Source of the DNA: Podarcis cretensis
Taxonomy: Eukaryota
Length of the DNA stretch: 64,000 nt
Assembly: GCA_951804945.1 (NCBI GenBank)
Contig: OX638154.1
Coordinates: 99,758,001 to 99,822,000 of the forward strand
Direction: 5' to 3'
The notes under the pieces are model-generated. The model saw only the letters and a list, made by a program, of their open reading frames with translations, made no database searches and was not told where the DNA came from. How positions within the stretch are numbered: position 1 is the first letter of the stretch; each line of letters begins with the position of its first letter. A program made the position numbers and the translations under genes. Below, in pieces: positions 60,446-64,000 of this stretch.

Positions 60446-61367
60446 AGATGGAAGCCTGGCTTGGTTTGGAAAATGAAGGATGGAAAGATCACCCTGTGTG
60501 GAGATCAAATGACTTTTGGGATACAAATCTGAGCCAGGTGGAGGCTGGAGCTTTTGGGGCCTTTGGATTTGGAAGGAGTGTGAAACAAGATATGGAATAT
60601 CCTATAGGCCCTGCTTTTGACTATGGAAGTCTGGCAGGAAAGAATATGATTACCGTTGGGTTGGAGCCTCCCCGAGATCTGGTTTTTAACACCAAAGACT
60701 ACCAAAATGACTGGCAGAGGGGGCATGAAAGAGACTTAAGAGCCTCGGACTTAAGATCTCCGGGTTGATGGTTTTTCGAGATTGATGGAACTATTGCTAG
60801 GGGCCGAAACCGGGGAGGGGAGCTGGTTAAAGAAAATTGGGAATTTAAAGTGTATATATTATAATTTGTTTTTTTTTCTTTTAATGAGAGATGGGAAAAT
60901 CGTGGAATGGAATCTTTTTTTGACCCGAGGGGAAACGTCTTAAGAATAAGTTCAGATATATAAGTTTTAATGAGAAATAAGATTAAATAAAGTAAAAGTG
61001 GATGGTTAATTGGTGAAAGAAAGAATGGGAAATTACAGTATATTAAGATAAGATATAAGGATAAAAATAAGATGAAGGATTTGCTGAAATATCTATATGG
61101 ATTAGAATACAAAGAGGGGAGGTGTGAGGAAGTCAAGGAGATAAGTTAAGAAAGGGAGTTATATTAAGGTTTAACTTGTTCTTTTGGGGGTTTTTTTTTG
61201 GATTGTATCTTTTTTTTCTTTTTTTCTTTTTTTCTTAGTTGTTTTTGTCTTGCTTTTGCTATTTTTCTATTTCTATTTTTATTTTTTGGATATGTTTTGT
61301 TTTTGTATATTGTGTTCTTTTTTGTAACCTTTTAAAATTTGAATAAATATTATGGGGGGGGGGGAAA
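60446..61367 (+). mobile_element. L1-tailed retroposon with a non-RT ORF (HAL1-like), 5'-truncated
   Basis: 17-bp TSD CAATTTTACATTTTCTA (60429-45, 61368-84); ORF 60448..60768; AATAAA then G11A3 tail. Confidence 0.8.
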
Positions 61368-62493
61368 CAATTTTACATTTTCTATTGATGCAGGGAAACA
61401 TTAGCTGCCTCCATTACCAGACTGCAGTTTGTTTGCTGGTGGTGAGGTTTGCCAAATGGAGAAGCAGAGCAATAGGACTAAACAATCGCTTTATTTCTTA
61501 AAATCAGCAGCATAATATTATGTCAGTTACATGATCTGGGAAGACTTGGGTCATCTTTATGCAAAATACCTAAGAAAGTGGTTCCACTTATATTCTTTCT
61601 GAACCAGCAAAGCAGCTGGGAAATGGCAAAGGAGCTGAATCAGTGATGAAGTCATAATGTAAAGGAAGAAGACAAATGGATCTGAGTCTTTGTGTGGAAT
61701 GCAAAAATACTTAGCACTGGCCTTGGGTCAAAATTGCTAACTTTCTTCCAGTTTATACAATCAGAAAGTTTAGAATAGCTTTTCTAGGATCAGAAGAGTT
61801 TTAAGGAGATGCAACTGGAATGACAGAAACATTATTTAGCATGGTGGGTGCACAGCTTTCTCTTGTCCTCCCATGGCCATCTTTGGTCAAACAGGTTGTG
61901 GAGGTTTCTGATGCAGTATAGAAACATGTTGGCACAGATGATAATCAGTGTTTGCACATAATGGACAATGCTGGCTCTGGCACACGACCTTCATCTCTCT
62001 AGAAAACTGTTGTGTTTCTCCAGCTCTGGAATGCACATTGCAGGTGTAGAGTGCATGTCAGAAATGCCCCACCCAAAAGTATTGCAGATAGAAAATGAGC
62101 ATATTGGGGAGAAGGCTAGGTTGATTCTCCACCCCCACCCCAACATGCTAGTTTTCTAGGTGTGGGGGAGGTTTCTTTTCATGGGTCAATATTCAAGTGC
62201 TCAGCACTCTCCCCAGCAACTTGAAGTACTTGCTACAGTCCAGAAAGCTTTACTGCCTGATTCTTCTTGCTGTAAAAATGGGTCCTGTGACCTCTTGTGA
62301 TACAGTGCTTTCCTAAGCATATGACATCACTAGTCTGCCATGAGCTTGGAGACATGGCATATCCTTCCTTTGGACTGTGTAATATGAAAAGAGCTGTTTG
62401 TTGCTTCTTTCCTTCAGTCATATTTCCTGAATCGTTGGGTATGGTTGGATTTCCAGCTCATTTTAATTAGCTGTTGGTTTCCTTGTATTCCAG

Positions 62494-62613
62494 GTGATGA
62501 AGGATGGCAAGCTCAAGGAAATGGGTCTCCTTTGCAGCTCCAGTGGTCTTCACATTATAAAGAAGTTTATGTGGCAGCAAGAAGGCCAGATCCTATCTAT
62601 TTCATGGCTCCAG
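62494..62613 (+). CDS. LAMC2: LAMC2 exon 6 (GDEGWQAQGNGSPLQLQWSSHYKEVYVAARRPDPIYFMAP); gene continues beyond the window
   Basis: ttccag| acceptor, G|gtgtgt donor; 120 nt; L4 domain start. Confidence 0.94.
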
Positions 62614-62892
62614 GTGTGTGTTTCCATATCCCATGCTGAACAGGGGCAGCCACAAGGACTATTGAACTTCACTATTTATTTGCCACTATTATCAAATGTC
62701 TCACATATTGATGCCTGTTGGTCCACTTGCATGCAGAAATCCTAGTACAGATTCTTGCTGGCTTGCAGACAATTCTAACACTCTTAATTCTGGATAATTT
62801 CCTTCTGCCCCATTTTAAATGTGTGTTGAAAGTGTGCTTACAAGACTAGGTTGAATTTCCAGAAAACATGGCATGGTTTTATGACAACAGAT

Positions 62893-63143
62893 CAGAGGTA
62901 GGCAACCAAAGGCCTGTGGGCCGTATGTGGCCCAATCGCCTTCTAAATCTGGCCCGCAGACGGTCCAAGAATCAGCATGTTTTTGCATGAGTAGAATGTG
63001 TCCTTTTATTTAAAATGCATCTCTGGGTTATTTGTGGGGCATAGGAATTTGTTCATCCCCCCACCCAAAAAATATAGTCTGGCCTCACATGGTCTGAGGG
63101 ACAGTGGACCAGCCCACAGCTGAAAAAAGGTTGCTGACCCCTG
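62893..63143. mobile_element. hAT-Charlie MITE, OC1-like
   Basis: TIR CAGAGGTAGGCAACC / GGTTGCTGACCCCTG; TSD CAACAGAT/CAATAGAT. Confidence 0.78.
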
Positions 63144-63221
63144 CAATAGATCCATTCATTATATCCTACCCCCACCCATAAATCCTGAAATCCATGGCTG
63201 GAATGTCACTTTCCTCATGTC

Positions 63222-63608
63222 TAGAATCATGGAATTGTAGATGACCCAAGGGTCATCTAGTCCAGCCCCCCGCAATGCAGGAATCTCAGCTAGAGCATCC
63301 CTGACAGTTGGCCATCCAACCTCTGCTTAAAAACCTCCAAGGATGGAGAGGATGGAGAGTCCACCTCCTCTCGTGGGAGTCTGTTCCCCTGCCAAACAGC
63401 TCTTACTGTCAGTAAGTGTTTCTGAATATTCAGAATCTCCTTTCTTATACTTTGAAGCCATTGCAGAAGAAAACAAGCATGCTCCTTTCTCCATGTGACG
63501 GCCCTTAAGATATGGCTATCATATCTCAGTCTCCTCTTTTCCAAGCTAAACATATCCAGCTCCTTCAAGCACTCCTCATAAAGCTAAGTTTCCAGACCCT
63601 TGATAATC
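63222..63608 (-). mobile_element. CR1 3' fragment
   Basis: Minus [17 protein letters not shown]...LTVRAV...[11 protein letters not shown]; same subfamily tail as the 10337 copy. Confidence 0.9.
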
Positions 63609-64000
63609 TTTTTTTTTTAAATTATATTTATTCAAAATTTAAAAATAACAAAAAGAAGAAAAGAAAATTACAAAATACAAAAATCAAAATACAAAATACA
63701 AAATACAGAAAAACATAACAACACCAAAAAAGAAAGATAAAAATAGAAAAAACGAATTAATCATTTGCATAACTTTCTTCCTTTACTTATTTTCTTGACC
63801 TCCTCTCACCTCCCAATTTTGTATTCTAATTCAGATCGTTGTTTCAGCAAATCCTTCCAACCTTATTTTCATTTAAGTAGTTTAACATAACATATTACAA
63901 TTTAACATCCTCTCTTTTCATCAATTTCTCAACTCGTCTTTACTTAGTCCTTTGTGTCATTTCAACCAAAACCACCTAATTTTCTTTTTCCAACATCTTT
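63609..64000 (-). mobile_element. L1-type 3' UTR with poly(A), running off the window
   Basis: T-run and TTTATT at left; reverse strand GAAGGATTTGCTGAAA..TTAGAATACAAA..GGGAGGTG.GAGGA.GTCAAG matches 61075-61137. Confidence 0.8.

Noticed and set aside
1-64000. CRISPR arrays, rRNA, operons or other prokaryotic systems
   Set aside because: The window is spliceosomal-intron vertebrate DNA; no repeat-spacer array or rRNA-like sequence was seen

Overview
Vertebrate genomic DNA from a squamate, most likely a lacertid lizard (inferred from Sauria-SINE and Squam3-like SINE copies). The + strand carries the tandem laminin gamma locus. First come the last 23 coding exons of LAMC1 (exons 6-28 by mammalian numbering, 988-34247) and a ~3.1 kb 3' UTR with miR-124/miR-29/miR-205 seed sites. 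About 6 kb further on are the AP-1/ETS promoter and first six coding exons of LAMC2 (ATG 43594; the gene runs off the window end). All 29 exons have GT/AG boundaries and join in frame. Introns are dense in mobile elements: CR1, L1, L2, Penelope, an RTE-derived non-autonomous element, tRNA SINEs, hAT MITEs with 8-bp and 6-bp TSDs, and a Tigger-like element. The most notable signals are (i) a minimal hammerhead ribozyme in a Penelope fragment, sense to the LAMC1 pre-mRNA; (ii) an HDV-like ribozyme fold that can be assembled from three partial copies of an ORF-less RTE-derived element; (iii) an L1-tailed retroposon with a non-RT ORF and a decayed ORF2 tip (HAL1-like); (iv) a SINE with a perfect 63-bp target duplication; (v) a three-level TE nest whose empty site is present in the same window. 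Exon numbering and TE family names rest on recalled knowledge, not database searches.
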